From: Macrostomum lignano
Lineage: Eukaryota
DNA length: 64,000 nucleotides
Assembly (NCBI GenBank): GCA_002269645.1
Contig: NIVC01002759.1
Span: 78,663 to 142,662, forward strand
Reading direction: 5' to 3'
The notes beneath the pieces are model-generated. The model was not told the origin of the DNA and made no database searches. It worked only from the letters and a program-made list of their open reading frames with translations. Shown piece after piece: positions 1-12,276 of this stretch. The position numbers were made by a program, and so were the translations under genes. Every line of letters begins with the position of its first letter. Position 1 is the stretch's first letter.

Positions 1-290
<290 letters not shown>

Positions 291-344
291 TGTCAGCTTG
301 TCATAGTTTTCCACTGCATTACACCCAGTGTCCGCTCAAACAAC

Positions 345-545
345 CCGTCTCAACAATCCGCCCCAACAATCCGCCCCAACAATCCGCCCCAACAATCCGC
401 CCCAACAATCCGCCCCAACAATCCGCCCCAACAATCCGCCCCAACAATCCGCCCCAACAATCCGCCCCAACAATCCGCCCCAACAATCCGCCCCAACAAT
501 CCGCCCCAACAATACAATCCGCCCCAACAATCCGCCCCAACAACC
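345..545. repeat. 13-bp minisatellite (CCCCAACAATCCG)n
   Basis: Directly visible unit. It generates the spurious GRIVGADCW and [12 protein letters not shown] ORFs. Confidence 0.95.
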
Positions 546-1029
546 CACCCCAACACCAATGCAATGTCTGTTCAGCGGACGCCCCTCACCTCCGAAGCGC
601 AGCGAATGAGTTCTTGGCTTGATCTCGCCAACCGGGTTCGAGCACCTGGTCTTTGAGATTCTCCATTCTCGATGCGATATTCGATGGCTTTGGGTGCTCA
701 GCTGCAGTTGTCGGTTCTCTGCAGATCCAACAGACAGGCGCACAGAGTGGAACAATGCTCTCGGAACCAACAATGAGGCACCGGGCCAGCGGAGCGCCCA
801 GATGAATCTGCGACTGACTCTGCACGGTCCAATGGGCAAGCCGTGGCGTGCAGAAAAAATGCAATAGTTATTTTCCCCGATTCCGGATGCTGGAAGCTTC
901 ATCAGAGAGGCAGACTCAGCCAATCCAGTGCAGATTTGGTACAGTTATTGGACCGTGAATTTTGTTGGCTAAATGAAATTATTTTGGCCTGAGTGCCACA
1001 TCGTTTGGCTGACGTTTCAATGCCTGGCA

Positions 1030-3375
1030 TAGTGTCTGTGCTAGTGTCTGCTGGTGTCTGTGCTAGTGTCTGTGCTAGTGTCTGTGCTAGTGTCTGTGCT
1101 AGTGCCTGTGCTAGTGTCTGCTGGTGTCTGTGCTAGTGTCTGTGCTAGTGTCTGTGCTAGTGCCTGTGCTAGTGTCTGTGCTAGTGTCTGTGCTAGTGTC
1201 TGTGCTAGTGTCTGTGCTAGTGTCTGTGCTAGTGTCTGTGCTAGTGTCTGTGCTAGTGCCTGTGCTAGTGTCTGTGCTAGTGTCTGTGCTAGTGTCTGCT
1301 GGTGTCTGTGCTAGTGTCTGCTGGTGTCTGTGCTAGTGTCTGTGCTAGTGTCTACTGGTGTCTGTGCTAGTGTCTGTGCTAGTGTCTGTGCTAGTGCCTG
1401 TGCTAGTGTCTGTGCTAGTGTCTGTGCTAGTGTCTGTGCTAGTGTCTGTGCTAGTGCCTGTGCTAGTGTCTGTGCTAGTGTCTGTGCTAGTGCCTGTGCT
1501 AGTGTCTGTGCTAGTTTCTGTGCTAGTGTCTGTGCTAGTGTCTGTGCTAGTGTCTGCTGGTGTCTGTGCTAGTGTCTGTGCTAGTGTCTACTGGTGTCTG
1601 TGCTAGTGTCTGTGCTAGTGTCTGTGCTAGTGCCTGTGCTAGTGTCTGCTGGTGTCTGTGCTAGTGCCTGTGCTAGTGTCTGTGCTAGTGTCTGTGCTAG
1701 TGTCTGTGCTAGTGTCTGTGCTAGTGTCTGTGCTAGTTTCTGTGCTAGTGTCTGTGCTAGTGTCTGTGCTAGTGTCTGTGCTAGTGTCTGCTGGTGTCTG
1801 TGCTAGTGTCTGCTGGTGTCTGTGCTAGTGTCTGTGCTAGTGTCTACTGGTGTCTGTGCTAGTGCCTGTGCTAGTGTCTGTGCTAGTGTCTGTGCTAGTG
1901 TCTGCTGGTGTCTGTGCTAGTGTCTGTGCTAGTGTCTGCTGGTGTCTGTGCTAGTGCCTGTGCTAGTGTCTGCTGGTGTCTGTGCTAGTGTCTGTGCTAG
2001 TGTCTGTGCTAGTGTCTGTGCTAGTGTCTTCTGGTGTCTGTGCTAGTGTCTGCTGGTGTCTGTGCTAGTGTCTGTGCTAGTGTCTGTGCTAGTGTCTGTG
2101 CTAGTGTCTGTGCTAGTGCCTGTGCTAGTGTCTGTGCTAGTGTCTGTGCTAGTGTCTGTGCTAGTGTCTGTGCTAGTGTCTGTGCTAGTGTCTGTGCTAG
2201 TGTCTGTGCTAGTGTCTGTGCTAGTGCCTGTGCTAGTGTCTGTGCTAGTGTCTGTGCTAGTGCCTGTGCTAGTGTCTGTGCTAGTGTCTGTGCTAGTGTC
2301 TTCTGGTGTCTGTGCTAGTGTCTGCTGGTGTCTGTGCTAGTGTCTGTGCTAGTGTCTGTGCTAGTGTCTGTGCTAGTGCCTGTGCTAGTGTCTGTGCTAG
2401 TGTCTGTGCTAGTGTCTGTGCTAGTGTCTGTGCTAGTGTCTGTGCTAGTGTCTGTGCTAGTGCCTGTGCTAGTGTCTGCTGGTGTCTGTGTTAGTGTCTG
2501 CTGGTGTCTGTGCTAGTGTCTGTGCTAGTGTCTGCTGGTGTCTGTGATAGTGTCTGTGCTAGTGCCTGTGCTAGTGTCTGTGCTAGTGTCTGTGCTAGTG
2601 TCTGTGCTAGTGTCTGTGCTAGTATCTGTGCTAGTGTCTGTGCTAGTGTCTGTGCTAGTGTCTGCTGGTGTCTGTGCTAGTGCCTGTGCTAGTGTCTGCT
2701 GGTGTCTGTGCTAGTGTCTGTGCTAGTGTCTTCTGGTGTCTGTGCTAGTGTCTGCTGGTGTCTGTGCTAGTGTCTTCTGGTGTCTGTGCTAGTGTCTGCT
2801 GGTGTCTGTGCTAGTGTCTGTGCTAGTGTCTACTGGTGTCTGTGCTAGTGTCTGTGCTAGTGTCTGCTGGTGTCTGTGCTAGTGTCTGCTGGTGTCTGTG
2901 CTAGTGTCTGTGCTAGTGTCTGTGCTAGTGTCTGTGCTAGTGCCTGTGCTTGTTTCTGTGCTAGTTTCTGTGCTAGTTTCTGTGCTAGTGTCTGTGCTAG
3001 TGTCTGTGCTAGTGTCTGTGCTAGTGTCTGTGCTAGTGTCTGTGCTAGTGTCTTCTGGTGTCTGTGCTAGTGTCTGCTGGTGTCTGTGCTAGTGTCTGTG
3101 CTAGTGTCTACTGGTGTCTGTGCTAGTGTCTGTGCTAGTGTCTACTGGTGTCTGTGCTAGTGTCTGTGCTAGTGTCTGCTGGTGTCTGTGCTAGTGTCTG
3201 CTGGTGTCTGTGCTAGTGTCTGTGCTAGTGTCTGTGCTAGTGTCTGTGCTAGTGTCTGTGCTAGTGTCTGTGCTAGTGTCTGTGCTAGTGTCTGTGCTAG
3301 TGTCTGTGCTAGTGTCTGTGCTAGTGTCTGTGCTAGTATTTGTGCTAGTGTCTGTGCTAGTGTCTGTGCTAGTGT
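1030..3375. repeat. 12-bp minisatellite (GTGTCTGTGCTA)n with 10-bp GTGTCTGCTG variants
   Basis: About 2.3 kb tandem array and the source of all SVLV/CASV ORFs. Confidence 0.98.
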
Positions 3376-3710
3376 TATTAGCGCGCTTGAATGTGTTCAA
3401 TAGTCAGCGAAACCGGCAAAATCGCATCAGTGCATCAGTCTTGAAAAAAGTTTAAAGTGATATTCAGATTATCGAATTTATGCTGTATATTTTACTGTAG
3501 CGGCTGTGTCAGCACAGCGCTGCATTGTTGGACACTGCATCAGCTTTGCTGCACAAAATTTGCCCTGGTGGGGAATAGTGGCGACTTGCTGAAGTCCGCT
3601 GGAGTGGCATCAGCAACGTTACGAGACGTGTCATCTTCTAGCGCTTCGAAAACTTCCTCGTTGTCGTATCCGACATCCTTGAACGCGGTGGCGGTGGGTG
3701 TCGGCGGCTC

Positions 3711-6700
3711 TTAGGGCTCCTCGTCTGCCGGCGCCTCGGCCCAGGACTGCTTCTCACCTGAGGCGAACATGGCGTAGAAAATCACCCCGACAAAGTTGAT
3801 GATCGACGTGATGAGGAACACGTTTGACCAGGAGGCTCGAGACTGGGGGTTTGGATGGTGTTCACGATCACCAAAGCTTCACAATCACCAATTAACTTCA
3901 CAATCACCAAAGCTTCACTATCACCAAGCTTTACAATTTCCCCAAGCTTAAAAATAGTCAGAGCTTCACAATCACCAATTAACTTCAAAACGCCAAAGTG
4001 TCACAATCACCAAAGCTTCACAATCACAAAGCTTCACAATCACAAAGCTTCACAATACCCAAAGCTTCACCTTCACCAATTAACTTCACAATCGCAAGGC
4101 TTCACAATCACCAATTTGTTTCACAAACACCAAAGCTTCACAATCACAAAGCTTCACAAACACCAACGCTCCACAATCACCAAAGCTTCACAATCACCAA
4201 AGCTTCACAATCACCAACGCTTCACAATCACCAAAGCTTCACAATCACCAAAGCTTCACAATCACCAACGCTTCACAATCCTCAAGTTCACCATAGAATG
4301 TGTAAAGAGGATAGAAGCAAAAAGGATGTATAAAAGTTGTTAAAAGTGGAAAGCAAAACCAAAATTTTTGTTACACCGTACGCTTACCCTGTCCTTAACC
4401 AATTGCATGGTAACAATTGGCACTAGAATAGAGCCCACAGTGCCAATGCCATTTGACAAACCCATTAGACAGCTAGCATAGCGAGGCGCAATGTCCAGGT
4501 GGTTCGCATTGTAGCCTGGTGGTTAAGAAAATGTTCAAATTATCCTACTGAAAGTAGCACACAGCTCGTGTCGAAAGAACAGCGAGAATCCTACCGGCCA
4601 TGCAGCAGCCGCTGAATCCAACCCCGATGATCATGCAGACGGTGGCCGTGGTGGCATCGCTGGTGTGCCCGACGCCCAGTAGGAAAAGACCTCGAACACC
4701 GAAGCCTGCGATTACATACCTCAATGCATTGAATAACTATATTTGGCAACGGGAAGGTCTACTTGACATTTGACAGCTCACCCAAGGTGTTGAAGATTTT
4801 CCTGACAGCTGTGGTTGAAAGCCATCGCTTTCTGAGCTCGTCAGCGATCACGCCGCTGACTGGCACCACTACAGACATGACAAGGTGGGGCAGAGAGGCA
4901 AAGAAGCCACTCTGAAAAATATTTGTGGGACTTTTACTCATATAATTGGTCCTAATGCTATCCTAGTGCCGAATTAATACTTAGCGGCGTGGTTAAAGCA
5001 TTAATCGCCTTGGACGTTGGCTCTAACTTGAAATTATCTAAATTGCCTGATTCCATATTTAACCTTATTTCTACCTTGGACATGCCGTAGCCGAAAACGT
5101 CGTCGAAATATTTAGTTGGCTCCGTGATCATGAGATAGAATGTCCAGTTTCGAACGAAATTGGCCACTATGATGGCGTAGACAGGCATTGAGGTGAATAT
5201 TTTCAGCCATAGAGCTGGGCTAATCTGAAAATTTGTCGCAGATAAACTGCACGTCTTCTTGGCTGGTTACGATAGCAATATCCAAGCGTTTGAATTGGTA
5301 GGCTTCTAATATTCATAAAGTATTCGGAGATTGCACTCGATCAATGACACTCATTCACTTAGGTGAGTCAGCTTGCCTCAAGAGTTCAACATGACCCCAA
5401 TGAAGGACCCTGGCTACGCCCACCCCTGATGCTAAAACGTCACCACTCGGATCAACCAGTGGGTGGCTTCAAAGCACAGGGAGAGGTGCATGGCTAACGG
5501 CCCCGACTGCCGGCAATCCCGCGCGGCTGTCCCCTGTCCTTCCTCCGCCCTCCGCAGGGCTCTGCTTGGACTCAACCGCAGGGAAATCAGGGCAGTGAGC
5601 ATGGCTCTCTCGGAACATGGCTGTTTTGCCAGGCATCGCCACTTCCAGGGAAATCTGTAGTACCGTTTTGCCTCTCTGGTGTTGAGAATGTGGGGCACTT
5701 CATCCGTGAATGCCCCGCCTTTACTCAGGACAGGCTCACCTACGTCGTCTTAAACCCGGACCTTCCCCGACGTTTTCAGGCGCGAAAATTTCTGTTAGCT
5801 CATCCGCTACCTGAGGACTACCGGGCGAGCGACCAGCCACCTTCTGGACTCTCCAGAAGGGAACCGCGCTGCGGGCACCGACACCACCGGAGGATGCCCG
5901 GAACCCCCTGCAGCTAAATCAAGTAAGTCAAGATTCCAAGATTGGCAAGTCTATTGCATGCTTCTGGTTCATTCACACGTCACTGAATCGCGAAAGACAT
6001 TGCTTGTAAGGCATTGGGAGTTGCGAAGTACATTTACACCCATTTTTGTAAACAGATACACAACACTGACTACGTGTTTAGAGCTGAAACTCTCGCCAAT
6101 TTCTATCTCGATGTACTCCCGCTCCTCATCCGTGATGCATCGATCGCTAGACGGCTTCTCGGATAAGCAGGCTGTGAAAACGCAGAACCAAGCGACTCCG
6201 AGGGCGCCTAAGTCAATCGGTGGGAAGTATCGTTACATATAGATGTAGTTAGCTTGTCATGCCCATTTCACCAACGACCCCTGAGCGCGCACACGGCTAC
6301 ACACGGCGACACACTCACATAGTGACATGTCAGCGGCTCTGGCTTTCTCTTCATCAGACTGGCCCTCGTGGGGTGGGTATAAAGCGCAAGACAAGCTCTT
6401 TGTCCGGTGTCAATTTTCGGTGTCAAAGTCGCTGCAGCCTCACTCACCGTATAGATAGAACATCACGGGCCAGCCGAAGCGCTCGCTAAGCCAGCCAGAC
6501 GACAACAAGCCCAAGAAAGAGCCGAAGAAGCCGCCGCAGAAGACGATGGTTGACAGACGAGATCGCTCCAGAGGCGGTGCCCAGTGACTGAGGATGCCGT
6601 TGCAGGCCGGGTACGAGAAGCCCTGGGTGAGACGGGTGTCGCTTTACGTAAAACTTATACGTTGTTACTCAAATCGATTAGTTGAAGCTTCAAGTTTTGG

Positions 6701-7613
6701 TCGGAAGCTGAAGTCCAAATGACAATTTGAAAGTCTACTTCACTTACCAAGAGAGTAGTACATGCACCTGACAGCCTGCTGTCAACATTTGAACACATGA
6801 AATGATGCTGTGCAATAAAATTTGCACGATAAGTTGGATTGAAAAGTTCAAGAAGATATTCGAGCGTAGTCTTCTCTGGCCATAACTGTTGAATACTCGT
6901 GAAACTCATGAAAGTTTATCATGTATAATGCTTAATCACACGCTCCACATTCGTATTCACAACGCCTCTAACTAAACTATCGAGGACTGGTACTATATAT
7001 ATACTTCGACGTATGTACCAAGTGATGAAAAATGTAAGTGGCTGTTTGATCACACTGCACTTGGCTTCATTTTATGGCTACTAGATTCTCAGCACCGCTC
7101 ACCTCCAAGAGACCCTGCAGCACTCTAGCTACGATGGTGAGCTCAGCGCTACTCCGAATGCACAGCGGCAGCAGTATGTTGATCACGGAGGACCCCAGAG
7201 TGGTCAAAGAGTACACCAACGTTGCTGGATACCTAGTGGCCACAATACCAGCTGGAATTTGTAGAACAAGATAGCCCCAGAAGTAGGAGCTCTCGACTGT
7301 GCTCAGCTGAGATGTCGACCAGTGAACGCTGGATTTCTGTCATTTCAATTGGGCGTCTTGGTGCAGAATTGTTTGAAAGATGCGTCGAAAGTTCATCAAA
7401 ATTTACCAAGCCATCTAATTTCTTATTTTGAATGAGGGCTGAATAGACTCACAGCAACTGAAGCACCTGCCGTAGCATTTCTTTCGGAGTCCCGAAAGTG
7501 ACCCGTTGCCACTCCAATGCTGCACCTGAATCCGAAGATAATTATCAGTCCTATGTGGCACAGAAATGCTGTCAGGTACCGTTTGAGAGAGCAGTTGCAG
7601 CAGCCGCATCTTG
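3711..7613 (-). CDS. VGLUT: Vesicular glutamate transporter (SLC17, EAT-4/VGLUT-like), 5'-partial
   Basis: Phase-consistent GT-AG exons (-): 7613-7453, 7336-7103, 6622-6448, 6207-6074, 5224-5075, 4911-4782, 4705-4595, 4515-4388, 3842-3711 (TAA). Motifs: [98 protein letters not shown]. The TM1 Arg, TM4 Glu and TM7 Arg typical of VGLUTs are present. The first exon was not identified. Confidence 0.93.
3868..4285. repeat. 17-bp intronic minisatellite (CACCAAAGCTTCACAAT)n
   Basis: Degenerate array filling the last VGLUT intron (3843-4387). Confidence 0.9.
5385..5935 (+). mobile_element. 3' fragment of a non-LTR retrotransposon (I/R1/LOA-like), decayed, in a VGLUT intron
   Basis: The interrupted translation [28 protein letters not shown]...[24 protein letters not shown] matches the LTGH...C..C...E...H....CP C-terminal zinc-knuckle pattern of these LINEs. 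It ends in a TCAAG/AAGT-type tail, and a homologous piece lies at 40595-40800. Confidence 0.75.
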
Positions 7614-8791
7614 CTGGACAGAAGCTATCGCTAGCAAATTGAGTCAAAGGTGATCTTCTGCCGTAGCGAGCCTTAGTGCTGCTACCCATCGCTGCCTGAA
7701 ATGTGCACTGTGAAACTTCTACGAGTGAGCATATTTGCCACGAGACTTCGTGCTTTAAATAAGCTGCAGCTAGAAGATACTGTGTATTACTCAGAGGCTT
7801 TAGAGAGGGCTGGCACGAGTCTTGGCACGCGACTCGATAATTGTGTTCATTCTTTTTGGTAGCAGAATGCGCACAAGCCTGATGAGTTTTAATTGCATTC
7901 GGTGCAGGCAGCAATGACTCTTGCTCTGCATTTGTGAGATTCAATTGTTCTGCACCTCTCAGCCCGATACCCACCCAGCTGGCACCGACTGCATCTTAGG
8001 GCTTGGAAGAGGATTGAAAATGCAGTTGGCCAACAGTATAGTGCAGTAACTAAATTTAGTTTGCACAGGACTTCTAACACCTTACTCTTATAAGCTCAAA
8101 AATAAAGCAAAACAGCTGTGAGTTCGCACGTGAAAAATGAGCAGGTTGGCATAGCCATAGCGCATGTACGATAGCGCGTCTTGAGCAAATCAAGATGGCC
8201 CAGCTTTTGAAAAATATGAACTCACGGAGGACGGACTGGGCTGGGCCGGGCGCTCCCAACGACAGCGGGTTCCGCTGTCTGGGTTGACAGTGACTTCGCC
8301 TACTGTAGTGTTAAGCAGCTCCCCCAACCCATAGTCGCATAAATGTGCATGTATGTCACGGTTAAAGTTAGCAACTATTTATACATGTAAGCTCGATACC
8401 GAATTCACTATTCGAGCAGCGGGCTCATGGTAATTGCTCTCATAGGATGGGGAGTGAATAAAACTTCCACAAACAATATGAAACAATTAATTATAAAATA
8501 CTGACTTTTGGCATGGCAGCTAAGCAATTGCAAGAGCAGGTCCCTCTCGGTGCTAAAGTAGATCTGGGCAGTTCAAGATTCGTGGTTGAGCTGGCGTATG
8601 ACGCTAACGCATGGCTTAGGTTCTTGGTGCGAGTTTGGGATCTTGGGGAGTCGATAAGCAAAGAAGATGGGAGAGGATCGAATTAGCTTTATGGATGATT
8701 TACCATTGTTTTTAAAAGAGATCACGGTTGTTTAGAGTTCGAATCACGAATCAACGCGCGTGTCCTTTGGCCTGCGTTTCTTAGCAGCTGA

Positions 8792-8824
8792 GTGACGTCA
8801 CATGTCTATCCCAGCTGTGATTGG
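8792..8824. promoter_or_regulatory. Palindromic CRE (GTGACGTCAC) plus inverted CCAAT box, candidate VGLUT promoter
   Basis: TGACGTCA at 8793-8800 and ATTGG at about 8820, upstream of the VGLUT exons. Motif presence only. Confidence 0.3.
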
Positions 8825-10699
8825 TTAGTAAAATGGGGTGGGGGCTTCAGTTGTAGGGATACAAACATATGGGACTGCAAGGTGCATGGGCGAAACAAGG
8901 ACCACTAGGAACACTCTAGTCTAGGAGTCCTTGGGCGAAAAATCCATTGGGGCTTTGCAGTTGGGTAATTTTGAACAATAGCGTGGAGGTTGGGATGGGC
9001 GAAAAATGAGTTGCGTTGAGTTGAGTGATAAGTTTAGTTGTAAGATTGCGCCAAGCAGGATGCTGAAAGCTGCTTTAATGTTATATATGTATACTCCATT
9101 AAGCAGAAATGCTGCAGAATCTAGCAAATCATTTCTACCAAAAGGTGCAAAGAATTAGTTTTGTTTATATCAGCAGTTGTTTCTGTTGAGTTTTTAAACG
9201 AAGCATATAATTATAAAAAACTAATATATTATATATATATATATATATTTAGTCAAGAAAACAAAAAATGAATCAAAAGTGCCTACGTCTTACGTGGTAA
9301 GGTAAAGAAACCTGCATGCTATGCGTTCGTTGGAAAGTGTTACCATGTCACAACTCTTTACAATTAGAGTTATTTTAAATTGATTAGGCCTACCTGCTAC
9401 CTACTGACCAAGATTTCTAAATGGACCATTCAAATGTGCAGAACCCATTTTTCCAACCAATGTGTATTTTGACAGAAACAATTAGATAGTTAATTAATAA
9501 TTAATTCATTGACAGTAATGATTTATATTTTATACCTTTTTAATATAAAATTAAGATCAATTAAATTGTACTATAATATAAGACTATAAATATAATTGTA
9601 CTATAAGAAGATGGTTTGTTGATTTATGATAACCAGCTCGTATCAGTAGAGTAGTAGCATTGCCACTACCATAATGTATGTATTAGAGAACATTGAATTC
9701 TCATAGCTTTGTTTGAGATAAGAAACTTTTGGTTGTTTTATGCGCCATGAGCAAATAACTCAATATAAGCCTATGTCTGGCCTTATGGGCTTAGTGGTGA
9801 ATTAAATTAATAAATATTGATTAATGGATTTTATTAGCTATCATTAAAATAAGCTGATGACTACAGGCTATAAACAAGAGTTCCGGCTGTGCTGGGATGC
9901 TGAATAAATATTGTTAATTAAGGTTAACTAAGTTTTTGCAAGCTAATAAAATATATAATTGAGTAATAACAAACTATAGACACAAAAAATAATAATGCAA
10001 AAAGTCAAAAACAAAGGGAATGAAATAGGATTAAAGGAAGTGCATGCCAACAGTGCAGCTATTTTGAGCCATATAAAAAAGTAAAGTCATTGCATGAGTC
10101 AAGCAAGGTGAGTAATCAAAGTCTAGTGGTAGTTTGCCTTACCACACATTATTAAATTCAAGCATTATTAAATTCTGGAATGTTACTAAATCTACTATTA
10201 CTAAATTTTTGTTAATAAATTCAAGGGCACTCTCTTGGATAGTTTAGTAGCTAATGGCTCCTCAATAGGCAATAAAGGCAATCTTAAATCTAGATAGATT
10301 CTAGAAGGGACTATAAGAATCCTCCATGGCAGCTTTTGGAAGAATAGTAGCTCTTTATAGTAGAGTTGCTAGGCTCTAAAATATGAGGCCTTCCTAGCTA
10401 TCTATAGGAGGCTTCTATTTATAGGTGAGCCAATAGAGAACTGAACAACATAAATCTGTTCCTCCCATGCCTCAGATGAGGCCTGCCTAATTTGATAGAT
10501 TTGACACCCAATTTTTTTGAGTTTTCTGTTTATGCTTATAACTGTTTTATTTTTTGAAATATTTTCTAAAGTAATATGTCAAATTAAAGTTTTAAATTTG
10601 TAGATTAATATATTTGCAGATTTGCTTTATGTATTATATGCCAGATTTTATATGCAGATAACTATACTATTATAAAATGTTAAAATATTTCTCATGCTT

Positions 10700-10860
10700 G
10701 GGTGCAACCTAAGGATTCACCTGGCCATTTCTATTGGCAACACATACATATAAGTTGCTATTGGACAGAATAATAGTCACGTGACTTCTTTCAGCCAATA
10801 GCAACTTACATGTGTATATTGCCAATAGAAATGGCCAAGTGATTCCTAAGGTTTGCACAT
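10700..10860. repeat. Long imperfect inverted repeat (about 70-bp arms) centred on GTCACGTGAC
   Basis: Left arm CCTAAGGATTCACCTGGCCATTTCTATTGGCAA...TAAGTTGCTATTGG. The right arm reverse-complements to CCTTAGGAATCACTTGGCCATTTCTATTGGCAA...TAAGTTGCTATTGG. Confidence 0.85.
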
Positions 10861-11505
10861 GTTTGATATTTCTATTGTTTTTAATGGCATTTTGCTTAGT
10901 TCACCCACTTTTGTTCCAAATAGTTATAAATTCCAAATACCTATATTTATTTTGTCTTTGTTCTACAAATTATTGTCTGCAAACACTCTCCATTGAATTC
11001 TATTTTCATAAGTAAAAAAGTTAGGTAGTAGGATAACTAATCATCATTGATTCAAGAAATGCAAGGGAAAATGCCTATATTGTAGGCTATGCTATATGTA
11101 GCAATACCACTTGACCCAGCTAGAGCCACTATTGAAAACTGCCAATTTTAAATTTGTAGAGCAAACAAGCACAAAATTTGAATTTTTACAATTATTTTCA
11201 TAGCTAATAACTACAACTATAAATAATAATTAGAATATGCAATGTAGACTATAATGCCAATGATGCTATTAGAGCAGTTGCAAGTAATAAAGCAATGTAA
11301 TTCATTTAAAAGACCACAAATTTTTAATATTGCTTTTGATCTAACTACTACAGAAACAACAATAAATTACAATTTAAAGCTTTTCCCATAGATTTCTAAA
11401 ATTATTTTTTGAATTATGGATTATTATGCATAATACATTGGAAGACACAAACGCCTAAACTGCTGAAAGTTCAGCTAAAATCAATTCAAACCGCAAATTC
11501 TTGCC

Positions 11506-12276
11506 ATGTCGCTGCTGCCTCTGCTGACTTCGTCGATCGCCCAACGCGGCTGCAGCCTTCAGCTGACTCGGCTGCTGTCAGCCTCGCCAGATTTGCGGTG
11601 TCGCGGCGGCCTCCTGGCCGTTGCTTTCATGTCCACCGCGGCCAAGCCCGCCAGCGCCGGCTCGGCTCTGCGAAGCCTCGGCGTTAAGCCGGCGCAAACG
11701 TCGGCCTGGTGGCTGTCGTCGCTCGGCCGTCAGCCGGTGCGCTGGGGCGGCGGCGGCCACGGGCCTCGCAAGATGCTTGTGCAGCCGTCGCGCTACCAAT
11801 GGGACCATATGTGGGATGACTATCACTACTACTTCCTGCTGGGAGTGATCCCCTGCGCCACGCTGGCCATCATCCTCTACATCTTTGTCGGGCCGGCCGA
11901 GCTGACCGAGTTACCCGAGGACTACGAGCCGCAGGAGTACGAGTACCACCGGCACCCCCTCACCAGGGCCATCGCCTGGTTTAAAACTCACTACGTAGAC
12001 TCGGACCAGGAGATGTACGAACGCGTACTGGCTTATAAGAATGAGGAATACCTCAGGATGATGACTAAGAAGCAGTACCGCGACATCAAACACCAGGAGT
12101 CGTTGCTAGGCGACTATCGCGGCTATTATTTTGTACCGGTGAATCCCCGGCCGGTCAGTCAGCACCATTCGCATCGGCAGATTGATGATTTGACTGGCGA
12201 CCTCCCGCTGGGGTACCAGTCCGAGGATCCCAGGGAGCTGCCTACGGATATTGGCGCACCGGCGTATCAGTACTGA
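11506..12276 (+). CDS. NDUFB5: NADH dehydrogenase 1 beta subcomplex subunit 5 (SGDH), mitochondrial precursor, intronless
   Basis: 256-aa ORF with an Arg/Ser/Ala-rich presequence, then GGHGPRKMLVQPSRY, a TM segment, and GPAELTELPEDYEPQEYEYHRHPLTRAIA, matching NDUFB5 [29 protein letters not shown]. Confidence 0.92.
   Translation: MSLLPLLTSSIAQRGCSLQLTRLLSASPDLRCRGGLLAVAFMSTAAKPASAGSALRSLGVKPAQTSAWWLSSLGRQPVRWGGGGHGPRKMLVQPSRYQWDHMWDDYHYYFLLGVIPCATLAIILYIFVGPAELTELPEDYEPQEYEYHRHPLTRAIAWFKTHYVDSDQEMYERVLAYKNEEYLRMMTKKQYRDIKHQESLLGDYRGYYFVPVNPRPVSQHHSHRQIDDLTGDLPLGYQSEDPRELPTDIGAPAYQY

Noticed and set aside
1054-3455. ORFs such as SVLV/CASV, and similar LSIY, FTHFMIG, PDPSVIPNA, YGCY and ILTASCHS ORFs elsewhere
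   Set aside because: They are translations of stop-free tandem repeats with no real start context, and several lie inside defined introns.
7423-7974. 183-aa ORF as an independent gene
   Set aside because: Only 7613-7453 is coding (a VGLUT exon); the rest is intronic read-through of the frame.
8500-8680. Minus-strand frame ending GTCSCNCLAAMPK as the VGLUT first exon
   Set aside because: Its GTCAGT donor is phase 0 and no phase-0 acceptor precedes the 7613 exon. A segment at about 8226-8303 fits the phase but has no start codon. The 5' end is left unresolved.
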